Source: a candidate division WWE3 bacterium (GTDB lineage: Bacteria; Patescibacteriota; WWE3; JAPLWK01). From it: a DNA stretch of 64,000 nt. Positions 38,492-47,494 of the stretch are shown piece after piece. Numbering within the stretch: position 1 is the stretch's first letter; every line of letters starts with the position of its first letter. A model generated the notes under the pieces. That model ran no database searches and was not told where the DNA came from. It saw only the letters and a list, made by a program, of their open reading frames with translations. Position numbers and translations under genes: made by a program. The stretch spans positions 48,348-112,347 of the forward strand of contig JAPLWK010000010.1 in the NCBI GenBank assembly GCA_026396615.1, written 5' to 3'.

Positions 38492-39697
38492 ATGCGAATT
38501 ATCTGTTTATCAAATCAGCTCTGGGACTGGCCGCTGTGGACTAATAAGCGGCAAGTTATGTCTAGGCTTGCGAACCTGGGGCATGAAGTCATCTTCGTGG
38601 ATCCACCGATTAGGCTGCAGAAATTAGCGAAACAAATTAGTGAAGGAAAGTGGTCAGGCCAACGTCTTTTGACCGGGTCAAGAATTGTGAAAACAGAGTT
38701 TGGGGAAAACAAAGAAGTCTTAAATTACACTCCGATAACATTGTCATATTCTGAAGATCCAAATTTGGTTAGTTTTAATGTGGATCGGATAAATCGGTTG
38801 CGGGTTCAGCAGGTTGAACCCCTACGGTTGGGTCTAGATATGACTCAAGAAAAGACGGTGCTGTGGGTTTATAACGTTTCGATGCGCGAGTATGTTGATA
38901 AAATACCACATGATTACTTAATTTATGATTGCGTTGATAATTATCCGGCGATGGCGAATTATCAGCGGTTAGGATTGTCGGAAGCCGTCGCTAGTTGGGA
39001 AATTGAACTTGCCAAAAAGTCAGACCTGGTTTTTACATCAGCGCCCGGTCTTAAAAAGCGATTAAGCCAAATTAATCCAAAAACGTTCTTTATTCCTAAC
39101 GCTGGCAATTATGAATTATTCTCGTCCGCCAGTCGAGAGCGCACGCCAATGCCGCCAAGCCTTGAAAATATACCCAGGCCGATTATTGGGTTTACGGGAA
39201 CGATTGATGATTACAAGGTCGATGTTGAATTAGTAATCAAAGCGGCGAAGGCATTACCTAATTACTCGTTCGTTATTATCGGTCCGCATGGTGAGGCTGA
39301 TAAATCACCAGATCTTAAAAAGTTGACAGTCCTACCAAACATTCACCTACTACCACAAGTAAAATACGACGATCAAGTGCCTTTCTACACTTATTTTGAT
39401 GCTTTTATTATCCCGTACAGACTTAATGACTATACTATTGAGGGCTGCTTCCCCATAAAATTCTGTGATGCGCTGTCGTCCGGTCTTCCGGTTGTCGTCA
39501 CCAATTTGCCGGCTTACGCTGATTTTAAAGATGTTTGCTATATTGGAGACTCTGATGAAGAGTTTGTTAAAATGATAAAGCAGGCAGTTGACGAAAATTC
39601 CGAAGAGCGTTGTGAGTCGCGTCGCGCGATTGCCAAGCAGAATTCTTGGGATGGAAAAGTGGCCCGTCAGTTAAATATTATCAGTGAGAATCTATGA
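38492..39697 (+). CDS. Glycosyltransferase family 1-like (GT4-type)
   Basis: IICLSNQLWDWPLW...GHEVIFVDP N-terminal Rossmann-like region and a C-terminal IIGFTGTIDDYKVD...FVIIGP donor-binding-like region. Confidence 0.55.
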   Translation: MRIICLSNQLWDWPLWTNKRQVMSRLANLGHEVIFVDPPIRLQKLAKQISEGKWSGQRLLTGSRIVKTEFGENKEVLNYTPITLSYSEDPNLVSFNVDRINRLRVQQVEPLRLGLDMTQEKTVLWVYNVSMREYVDKIPHDYLIYDCVDNYPAMANYQRLGLSEAVASWEIELAKKSDLVFTSAPGLKKRLSQINPKTFFIPNAGNYELFSSASRERTPMPPSLENIPRPIIGFTGTIDDYKVDVELVIKAAKALPNYSFVIIGPHGEADKSPDLKKLTVLPNIHLLPQVKYDDQVPFYTYFDAFIIPYRLNDYTIEGCFPIKFCDALSSGLPVVVTNLPAYADFKDVCYIGDSDEEFVKMIKQAVDENSEERCESRRAIAKQNSWDGKVARQLNIISENL

Positions 39698-40425
39698 GGC
39701 GACTTGAAATTGACATGCCGGTTTATAACGAAGAAGTAGATTTGCCGAAGAATATTCCGGTTTTATATGATTTTTGCGTTGCTAATTTACAGAATTATGA
39801 TTGGTCAATTAAGATTGTTGACAATGCTTCCAAAGATAACACTTGGAATGTCGTTTCTGAGTTGTCACTAAAGTATCTCGGGAAAGTAAGCGGTCTTAAA
39901 CTTGATCGCAAGGGTCGAGGTTGGGCGTTGCGACAAGCGTGGACGACGTCTAAGGCTGACTATGTATCCTACATGGACATTGACTTGTCTTCAGACCTCG
40001 CGACTTTTCCGAAACTGCTCCGTCTTTTGGATGACGGGTACGATATGGCTGTCGGGTCCCGAAACATGCGAGAGTCCGAAGTCATCGGTCGAACGCTGCT
40101 GCGAGAAATCATGTCACGGACTTACATTACCCTCGTTAAATTAATGCATGGCACGCATGTTTCCGATACCCAGTGTGGTTTTAAGGCCTTACGCCGCAGT
40201 GCTTTCATAAAAGTTGAGCCGGTGATTGAAAATAATTTGTGGTTTTTTGATTCGGAAATGGTGATTTTGTTTGAAAAAGTGAGCTTTAAAGTCAAAGATG
40301 TTCCGATCAAATGGGTTGATGACCGTCATACTACGGTAAAAATTGCCAAGGACTCTTACGAGGAATTTAGCGGTCTTACGCGTCTTCTTAGAACTAAACC
40401 TTGGAAGGCTTTAACAACTTCATAA
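39694..40425 (+). CDS. Glycosyltransferase family 2
   Basis: MPVYNEE and IVDNASKDNT motifs, plus a DxD-equivalent YMDIDLSSD. Confidence 0.7.
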   Translation: MRRLEIDMPVYNEEVDLPKNIPVLYDFCVANLQNYDWSIKIVDNASKDNTWNVVSELSLKYLGKVSGLKLDRKGRGWALRQAWTTSKADYVSYMDIDLSSDLATFPKLLRLLDDGYDMAVGSRNMRESEVIGRTLLREIMSRTYITLVKLMHGTHVSDTQCGFKALRRSAFIKVEPVIENNLWFFDSEMVILFEKVSFKVKDVPIKWVDDRHTTVKIAKDSYEEFSGLTRLLRTKPWKALTTS

Positions 40426-40493
40426 ACACGCTATTGACCTTAGGTCTCATCGGATTAAAACTAATACACAGATTCAACTGCCTCAAATATAAA

Positions 40494-40510
40494 TTTCACT
40501 GCCCGTGAAA
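40494..40510. promoter_or_regulatory. 17-bp perfect palindrome TTTCAC-N5-GTGAAA, about 50 nt upstream of nrdD
   Basis: Read directly: TTTCACTGCCCGTGAAA. Candidate operator. Confidence 0.2.
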
Positions 40511-40560
40511 AAGTATTTTTTGTTGCGCTCTGACTTTTTAGTCGGTGCCTTATTTATTGT

Positions 40561-42669
40561 ATGCAAAAAACTTTAAAATCAACGATTAAAAAAGTTAAAA
40601 AACGTAATGGGGAATTGGTGTCTTTTAGTGTCACTAAAATAGAGAAAGCAATTAGTGCCGCTCTTAAATCTTCGGGAGCCCAAGATAAAAAGTTAGCGAC
40701 TGACTTGTCTAAAAAAGTCCTAAAGGACTTAGAACAACGTTTTAATTCCACGATCACTCCGGAAGTGGAGCAAATCCAAGATATTATTGAAAAAGTGCTT
40801 TTGGCTGAGGGTTTAGAGCGAGCCCACCAAGCTTTCACTTTATACCGAGAATTACACCGAAAAACTCGAGATATTACAAGTTTAGTTGATTCCGATGAGC
40901 TGATCCGCAAATATTTAAATCAACAGGACTGGCGGGTTAAGGAAAACGCCAATATGACCTATTCATTGCAAGGCCTTAACAACCACGTGGCCAGTATTAT
41001 TTCTTCTAACTTTTGGCTTAATCAGATCTACACTCGCGAAATTCGCAAAGCTCACGTCCAGGGCGATATTCATATACACGATTTGGCGCTACTCTCGCCT
41101 TATTGCACCGGCTGGGATCTCAAGGATTTTTTGATAAAGGGTTTTGGTGGGGTGCCTGGGAAAGTCAGCAGCAAACCGCCAAAACATCTGTCAACGGCCC
41201 TAGGGCAACTGGTCAACTTTTTCTATACGATTCAGGGAGAGGTGGCCGGGGCGGTGGCAATTTCTAACTTTGACACATATCTGGCGCCGTTTATTCGCTA
41301 CGATAAATTATCGTACAAGGAGTTAAAGCAGAATATACAGGAATTTGTTTTTAACATGAACGTGCCCACTCGCGTTGGCTTTCAAACGCCATTTACCAAC
41401 GTCTCCCTCGACTTAAAACCAACGAAAACGGTTGGTGAAGAAGCCGTCATAATCGGCGGCGAAGTGGTTGACGCGAAATACAAGGATTTTCAGTTAGAAA
41501 TGGATTTGTTTAATCGGGCCTTCGCCGAAGTCATGATGGAAGGTGATAGCCAGGGCCGGGTCTTCACTTTTCCAATTCCCACTTACTCAATAACTAAAGA
41601 TTTTGATTGGGAAAATAAAAATCTGGAACCGGTGTGGGAAATGACTCGCAAATATGGACTGCCATACTTTTCTAATTTTGTAAACTCCGATATGGATCCA
41701 GACGACGCTCGTAGCATGTGCTGTCGACTAAGATTAGATAATCGAACTTTGCGTCGCCGAGGAGGTATGTTTTCCGCTAATCCCCTAACCGGAGCAATTG
41801 GCGTCGTCACTATTAATCTCCCTCGCATCGGATATCTTGCTCATAAAGAAAAAGGGGAGGGAGAAGCCGCGAAAAAGAAGTTCTTCAGTTTACTCGGCCA
41901 ACTTTTAGACATCTCTAAAGACTCACTGGTCATAAAACGAGCGGAAGTTGAGGATTTAACCGTGCGGGGTTTGTACCCATATTGTCGTTACTACCTGGAA
42001 GACATCCACCTGCGAAACGGCGTTTATTGGCGAAATCATTTTAATACGATTGGGATTAATGGGATGAATGAGGCGCTCATTAACCTTTTTGGGAAGACGA
42101 TTTCCGATCCTGAAGGCAAAGAGTTTGCTCTGGAAGTCATGGATTATATTCGGGAGAAGATTTTAATTTATCAAAAAGAGACTGGGGAAATGTTTAACCT
42201 GGAGGCAACCCCGGCCGAAAGTACCGCTTACCGCTTTGCTAAAATAGATAAAGCTCGCTTTGGGGATATTATCGTGGCTAACGAAGAGGCTTACCAAAAG
42301 CAAAAGGCGGCGCCTTTTTATACTAACTCGACCCATTTACCGGTTGACTACACCACAGATATTTTCGAGGCTCTTGATCATCAAGATGATCTACAGGCGA
42401 AATATAACGGGGGAACAGTGATTCACGGATTTATGGGGGAGAGTTTGCCAGACACCAGGTCGGTTAAAGCACTTGTCAAAAAGATCAGTAGCAATTACAA
42501 ACTGCCATATTTCTCAATCACCCCCACTTTTTCGATATGCCCGAAGCACGGCTACTTAAAAGGGTCTCACGAATTTTGTCCACTGTGTGATGAAGAAATT
42601 GGTTATGGAAATGTAGAGGAGGTGACTCCTGTTTATGCCAAAAAAGTCGGTCGATCCAAAAAATCTTGA
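40561..42669 (+). CDS. nrdD: Anaerobic ribonucleoside-triphosphate reductase (class III), body; glycyl-radical tail is out of frame
   Basis: N-terminal ATP-cone, a central MCCRLRLD / GAIGVVTINLPRIGY region, and a C-terminal Zn ribbon CPKHG...CPLCDEE. An NrdG gene follows. Confidence 0.85.
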   Translation: MQKTLKSTIKKVKKRNGELVSFSVTKIEKAISAALKSSGAQDKKLATDLSKKVLKDLEQRFNSTITPEVEQIQDIIEKVLLAEGLERAHQAFTLYRELHRKTRDITSLVDSDELIRKYLNQQDWRVKENANMTYSLQGLNNHVASIISSNFWLNQIYTREIRKAHVQGDIHIHDLALLSPYCTGWDLKDFLIKGFGGVPGKVSSKPPKHLSTALGQLVNFFYTIQGEVAGAVAISNFDTYLAPFIRYDKLSYKELKQNIQEFVFNMNVPTRVGFQTPFTNVSLDLKPTKTVGEEAVIIGGEVVDAKYKDFQLEMDLFNRAFAEVMMEGDSQGRVFTFPIPTYSITKDFDWENKNLEPVWEMTRKYGLPYFSNFVNSDMDPDDARSMCCRLRLDNRTLRRRGGMFSANPLTGAIGVVTINLPRIGYLAHKEKGEGEAAKKKFFSLLGQLLDISKDSLVIKRAEVEDLTVRGLYPYCRYYLEDIHLRNGVYWRNHFNTIGINGMNEALINLFGKTISDPEGKEFALEVMDYIREKILIYQKETGEMFNLEATPAESTAYRFAKIDKARFGDIIVANEEAYQKQKAAPFYTNSTHLPVDYTTDIFEALDHQDDLQAKYNGGTVIHGFMGESLPDTRSVKALVKKISSNYKLPYFSITPTFSICPKHGYLKGSHEFCPLCDEEIGYGNVEEVTPVYAKKVGRSKKS

Positions 42670-42802
42670 AGAGCAAAGAACTCGTTGTGAAGTCTACTCC
42701 AGAATCGTGGGGTACCTGCGCCCGGTCGTTCAGTGGAACGATGGTAAAGCCGCAGAATTTTCGATGCGCCAGACCTACACAAATGGTCTAAAAGAGTCAT
42801 GA
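42635..42802 (+). CDS. nrdD: NrdD C-terminal glycyl-radical peptide in the +1 frame relative to the nrdD body (MPKKSVDPKNLEEQRTRCEVYSRIVGYLRPVVQWNDGKAAEFSMRQTYTNGLKES)
   Basis: RIVGYL + NDGK matches the class III RNR glycyl radical motif (RxxGYLG...N.GK). AGGAGG lies 12 nt upstream of this ATG. The frames cross at CCAAAAAAG. The TGA overlaps the nrdG ATG. Confidence 0.6.
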   Translation: MPKKSVDPKNLEEQRTRCEVYSRIVGYLRPVVQWNDGKAAEFSMRQTYTNGLKES

Positions 42803-43515
42803 CACTGGGGGGCCTTCAAAAAACCACTCTGGTTGACTTCCCAGGACGCGTCGCTTGTACAGTATTTACGGTCGGCTGCAATTTTCGCTGTCCCTTTTGC
42901 CACAATCGAGATTTAGTGACAAGTTCCAAGTTCCAGGAATCCAAGATCCAAGTTATTTCTCAAGAAACCTTTTTCGAATTCCTTAAAGGCCGGATCAAAA
43001 TTTTAGATGGGGTTTGTATCACCGGTGGTGAGCCGACGTTGCAGCCGGATCTAGAAGATTTTTGTCGAAAAATTAAGTCGCTAGGTCTCCTCGTTAAGCT
43101 TGATACCAATGGCGGTCACCCAGAAATCGTTAAAAAGCTTTTAGATCAGAAACTACTTGATTTTATCGCGATGGATTTAAAGGGACCATGGGAAGATTAT
43201 TCGAAAATTAGTAAATTTGAGCAGGTTGAATTGGTCAAGCAGACGATTCTTTTGACTGTCAAAAGTAATTTAGAATATGAATTTCGGACAACTGTTGTGC
43301 CGGATCTCCACTCCGAAAATTCGTTAATAAAACTCGCTTCAGATTTAGTAAAACTGACGGGTTGCAGTGATCATGATTACTTCCTACAGAACTTTAGAGG
43401 GGTTAGTTGTTTGGACAGTTCTTACAACGATCGACCTGGGTTTTCGTCAACCCAGCTTCAGAGTCTGCGAGACGCGGTTGCAAAGATTCTGCCAAAAACT
43501 AAAACTCGAGAATAA
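42799..43515 (+). CDS. nrdG: Anaerobic ribonucleotide reductase activating protein (radical SAM)
   Basis: N-terminal CNFRCPFCHN (CxxxCxxC), 238 aa, GGEPTL motif, directly downstream of nrdD. Confidence 0.8.
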   Translation: MTLGGLQKTTLVDFPGRVACTVFTVGCNFRCPFCHNRDLVTSSKFQESKIQVISQETFFEFLKGRIKILDGVCITGGEPTLQPDLEDFCRKIKSLGLLVKLDTNGGHPEIVKKLLDQKLLDFIAMDLKGPWEDYSKISKFEQVELVKQTILLTVKSNLEYEFRTTVVPDLHSENSLIKLASDLVKLTGCSDHDYFLQNFRGVSCLDSSYNDRPGFSSTQLQSLRDAVAKILPKTKTRE

Positions 43516-43542
43516 TTGCTATAAATTGTATACTAAACACTT

Positions 43543-43980
43543 ATGAATACTAAAAAGTTATTTATGTTGGGCTATGGAGTCATTGCTATTGTCTCCTTGG
43601 TGGTAGTTGGATTCCTGGTTTATCGGGCTTACTCGTTTGATAAAACTTTAAAAAATAGTGACGCTGTTGCCACAACGCTTCCTGTAACTGCTAATTTAAG
43701 AATTGATTTTGGTGAAAATAAATTCGCGACATACTTAGCAATTCAGGTCAACAGCCCAGCAACAGTTCTTAAATTAATTCAAGCCCCTGCCACCAAAGAT
43801 TTAAATTTGGTAATAGAAGTCAAGCCTCTAGGAACATTAATAAAAAGCATTGCCGGTAAAACGGCCAGCAACGGCTATTTTTGGTTGACCTACGTTAATG
43901 GCATTGTTACGCCTTCTGGGGTCGACAGTATTGCGGTCGCCAGCGGCGATTTAATAGAAATTAAGTATAATAAGCTCTAA
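43543..43980 (+). CDS. Small membrane-anchored or secreted protein, DUF4430-like
   Basis: N-terminal TM/signal (LFMLGYGVIAIVSLVVVGFLV) and a C-terminal GYFWLTYVNG...SGDLIEIKY region reminiscent of DUF4430. Confidence 0.3.
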   Translation: MNTKKLFMLGYGVIAIVSLVVVGFLVYRAYSFDKTLKNSDAVATTLPVTANLRIDFGENKFATYLAIQVNSPATVLKLIQAPATKDLNLVIEVKPLGTLIKSIAGKTASNGYFWLTYVNGIVTPSGVDSIAVASGDLIEIKYNKL

Positions 43981-43984
43981 ACCT

Positions 43985-46807
43985 ATGTTTAAAGAGCTTT
44001 CTACAAACGAAAAAATCTCAGATCGCGACGCTCGTTTAATCCAATTTTGGCAGGAAAATAAAATATTTGAGAAATCTGTTTCGGAGCGTTCGGCCGATAA
44101 TTCCTACGTCTTTTATGATGGTCCGCCTTTCATTTCGGGACTACCGCACTACGGTCACTTACTCGGTTCAATAGCTAAAGACATTATTCCCCGATATTGG
44201 ACTATGAAAGGTAAAAGAGTTGAACGTGTTTGGGGTTGGGATGCTCACGGCTTAACGGTAGAAAATAAGGTTCAAAAAGAGCAGGGAATTAAGAATCGCC
44301 GCGATATTGAAAAGTTTGGGGTTAAAAAGTTTGTTGACGCTTGTTATGAATACACTTCCCGCATTTCTTCAGAGTGGGGTTGGTATATTGATAGGATCGG
44401 CCGCTGGGTTGACATGGAGCACGCCTATAAAACGACTGATCAGACTTACATGGAAAGTACTATCTGGGCCTTTAAGCAGTTGTATGATAAAGGCCTAATT
44501 TACGAAGGCTTACGGACGTCATTATTTTGCCCAACTTGTGGAACGCCTGTCTCTAACTTTGAAGTGGGGCTTGATGACTCCTATAAAGACGTAGAAGATC
44601 CGGCGGTGACTATCGAATTCCCAATTACTTCCGAAGGACCCTTTAAGGGATCTGTCATTTTGGCTTGGACGACTACACCGTGGACATTGCCTTCTAATGA
44701 AGCCTTGGTCATTGATCCGGAAGCTATCTACGTCGAATTTGAGGGTCAGACTGAGGGTAGCAGGTTTATTGTCGCCAAACCACGACTCGAATCTGTAAAT
44801 GCTGGTGATACTTATAAAGTGATAAGAGAGTTTAAAGGCCGGGATCTTTTGGGTCTTACTTACGAACCACCGTTCCGTTTCTTTAAAACTTCAGATAACG
44901 CCTATAAAGTCTACGAATTTTCGGGGATGGTGAACATGGAAGATGGCACTGGAATCGTCCACAGCGCTCCGGGCTTTGGAATAATTGATACCGAAATGGG
45001 CCGTCACTTTGGGTTGTCTTTGATGCAGACTATCAATGACGATGGTAAATTTGCGGCTGGTGATAATGGGGCGAATCCTTACGAAGGTCTTTTCTATAAA
45101 GCGGCGGATAAGCTAATCATGGAGGATCTTGCTAAACCAGAACTCAACCGTCTTTTCAAGAGTGCGCGAATTACCCACCGTTTTCCTTATCACGATCGTT
45201 GTGACACTTTGCTTATCCAACGAGCTCAGCATTCCTGGTTTGTTAATGTTTCCGGACTAAAAGAGGCAATGCTTAAAAATAATCAGGATATCAACTGGGT
45301 TCCGGAGCATATTAAAGCCGGCCGTTTTGCATTGGGAATTGAGCAGGCGCCAGATTGGTGCATTTCACGAAATCGCTTTTGGGGCACCCCGATGCCAGTG
45401 TGGGAGTCTGCGGATGGCGATCGGATTGTTGTCTCATCTATTAACGAAATCGAAGAGTTGTCCGGTCAAAAGGTAGTTGATCTGCACCGTCCAGCTATTG
45501 ACGACATTGTGCTTCACAAAGACGGCAAAGATTATAAACGTCGCTCGGAAGTCCTGGATTCTTGGTTTGAAGCCGGTTCCATGCCGTACGCCCAGTTCCA
45601 CTATCCCTTTGAGAATAAAAAGAAGTTCGAAAAGAATTATCCCGGCGATTATATCGTTGAATATATTGCTCAAACTCGAGCTTGGTTCTTCTTCATGCAC
45701 ACTCTCTCGACGGCCCTGTTTGGCAGTAATTCTTTTAAAAACGCGATTTGCACCGGGGTGATGGCTGGCAGTGACGGTCGCAAGATGAGCAAGTCGTACA
45801 ATAATTACGCTGACCCTAAAGGAGTTATAGAAAAATACGGTGGTGACGCCCTTCGTCTCTATTTAATGAACTCGCCGCTTATGATTGGCGAGAACGCTAA
45901 TTTTGATGAACAAGGCCTTAAAACAAAGGCAAATAATGTCATCAACCCGCTTATCAACTCTCTCAAATACTTTGTGACCTACGCCAATCTAAATAATTGG
46001 AGTCCGACGTCGCACGTTTCGTCTGAGGACGTTTTAGATCAGTGGATTACGGCTCGTCTTAATCAAACAACTAGCGTAGTGGCTAGTAATATTGAGTCTT
46101 ACACTGTGCCAGCAGCCGTTGAAGCCGTCGAAACCTTTGTTGATGATCTGTCACGTTGGTATGTTCGCCGTTCCCGCAGTCGAATTTCTAGTGGTGACAA
46201 TGCGGCTCTTTCGACACTTTACAATGTACTCTTAACTTTTTCTAAAGTCGCAGCGCCGATAATTCCATTTGTATCCGAAGAGATTTATTTAGCACTTCGC
46301 GAGAATAATTCTGAGGAATCGGTTCATCTTTGTAGTTTTCCAATATGTATTGAAAGTGACGAGTCAGAGATTATAAATAAAATGCGAGATACTCGGGAAA
46401 TTGTTTCGAAAGCCCTGTCACTGCGGACAGAAAAGAAGATAAATGTTCGTCAGCCATTACGTTTACTCGAAGTAAAAACTAAATACAACAATTATTATAA
46501 AGAAATAATTATGGAAGAGGTAAATGTGAAAGATGTGACATCGTCCCAAATCGACGAGGACATTAAACTCGACATTGTAATCACGCCTGAATTAAAGGTT
46601 GAAGGTGATGCTCGAGCTTTAACTCGTGAGCTGCAAGATTTGCGGAAAGAGGCGGGGTTAACACCAGCTGACACCGTCGTCGCTGATTTCGCGGATACCC
46701 TAGAGAATAAGCTAGCAGTCGAGAAATTTGGTGAAGAGATTAAAAATAAGGTGCGGGCAGTGGCTTTAACGCCTGGCGCCTTGACAAAAGTCGTCAAGAC
46801 AACGTAG
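43985..46807 (+). CDS. ileS: Isoleucyl-tRNA synthetase, eukaryote-like type 2
   Basis: FYDGPPFISGLPHYGHLL (HIGH region of type-2 IleRS), WGWDAHGL, KMSKS, 940 aa. Confidence 0.9.
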   Translation: MFKELSTNEKISDRDARLIQFWQENKIFEKSVSERSADNSYVFYDGPPFISGLPHYGHLLGSIAKDIIPRYWTMKGKRVERVWGWDAHGLTVENKVQKEQGIKNRRDIEKFGVKKFVDACYEYTSRISSEWGWYIDRIGRWVDMEHAYKTTDQTYMESTIWAFKQLYDKGLIYEGLRTSLFCPTCGTPVSNFEVGLDDSYKDVEDPAVTIEFPITSEGPFKGSVILAWTTTPWTLPSNEALVIDPEAIYVEFEGQTEGSRFIVAKPRLESVNAGDTYKVIREFKGRDLLGLTYEPPFRFFKTSDNAYKVYEFSGMVNMEDGTGIVHSAPGFGIIDTEMGRHFGLSLMQTINDDGKFAAGDNGANPYEGLFYKAADKLIMEDLAKPELNRLFKSARITHRFPYHDRCDTLLIQRAQHSWFVNVSGLKEAMLKNNQDINWVPEHIKAGRFALGIEQAPDWCISRNRFWGTPMPVWESADGDRIVVSSINEIEELSGQKVVDLHRPAIDDIVLHKDGKDYKRRSEVLDSWFEAGSMPYAQFHYPFENKKKFEKNYPGDYIVEYIAQTRAWFFFMHTLSTALFGSNSFKNAICTGVMAGSDGRKMSKSYNNYADPKGVIEKYGGDALRLYLMNSPLMIGENANFDEQGLKTKANNVINPLINSLKYFVTYANLNNWSPTSHVSSEDVLDQWITARLNQTTSVVASNIESYTVPAAVEAVETFVDDLSRWYVRRSRSRISSGDNAALSTLYNVLLTFSKVAAPIIPFVSEEIYLALRENNSEESVHLCSFPICIESDESEIINKMRDTREIVSKALSLRTEKKINVRQPLRLLEVKTKYNNYYKEIIMEEVNVKDVTSSQIDEDIKLDIVITPELKVEGDARALTRELQDLRKEAGLTPADTVVADFADTLENKLAVEKFGEEIKNKVRAVALTPGALTKVVKTT

Positions 46808-46820
46808 AATGAGGCTTCTT

Positions 46821-47111
46821 ATGGATTTTGCAATTATTCGTTTCAATGGGAAACAGCACACCGTCACTAATGGCGATGTGTTCAAGGTACAGCGAACTAA
46901 CGCTTCGGTGAAGCCGGAAGTTCTGCTTTGGTCCGCGGACGGTAAAGTAGAAATCGGTACCCCCACTTTAACTGGTCATGAAGTTAAAATTGAGATTTTG
47001 GAAGATAAATTAGATAAAAAGGTAAATGTTAGTCGGTTTAAAGCCAAGTCTCGCGAGCGTAAGCACAAAGGATTTCGGCAGCCGATTAGCGCCGTTAAGA
47101 TTAGCATTTAA
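46821..47111 (+). CDS. rplU: 50S ribosomal protein L21
   Basis: MDFAIIRFNGKQHTV...RFKAKSRERKHKG. Start taken at the second Met by homology. Confidence 0.9.
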   Translation: MDFAIIRFNGKQHTVTNGDVFKVQRTNASVKPEVLLWSADGKVEIGTPTLTGHEVKIEILEDKLDKKVNVSRFKAKSRERKHKGFRQPISAVKISI

Positions 47112-47114
47112 TTT

Positions 47115-47366
47115 ATGGCTCATACTAAAGCTGGGGGCAGTAAAGCTCGTCAACGTAGCAATATATCCGGTCACCGCTTAGGAGTGAAGCTTTACGGTGG
47201 GGAAGTGGTTAAGACCGGTCAAATCATCATTCGCCAAGTGGGGATGAAGTACCGCCCGGGAGAAAACGTCTCCAAAGGTCGCGACTTCACCCTCTTCGCC
47301 CTCAAAGACGGTACCGTTGTCTTTTCCCAAGACGTCCTCAAACGCCCAGTCGTTTCGGTCCAATAG
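47115..47366 (+). CDS. rpmA: 50S ribosomal protein L27
   Basis: [25 protein letters not shown]...VGMKYRPG. Confidence 0.92.
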   Translation: MAHTKAGGSKARQRSNISGHRLGVKLYGGEVVKTGQIIIRQVGMKYRPGENVSKGRDFTLFALKDGTVVFSQDVLKRPVVSVQ

Positions 47367-47422
47367 ATTTCAGGAGGTTAACCGCCTTTGGCGGTGTGGC
47401 TCAACTAAGCAATGCTTAAGAG

Positions 47423-47471
47423 CGCCCGAAGTTGTTTACACTATTAGTGTAGGTAACTTCTGGCGCTTTTG
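47423..47471 (+). terminator. Rho-independent terminator after rpmA
   Basis: GCGCCCGAAGTT...AACTTCTGGCGC stem followed by TTTT. Coordinates +-2. Confidence 0.5.
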
Positions 47472-47494
47472 TGGTTTAATAAGGAGGTGATTTT

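Noticed and set aside
40426-40560. NrdR box or Rex operator upstream of nrdD
   Set aside because: No match to the 16-bp NrdR palindrome acaCwAtATaTwGtgt. The TTTCAC-N5-GTGAAA dyad has Rex-like half-sites in the opposite order, so it is reported only as a generic palindrome.
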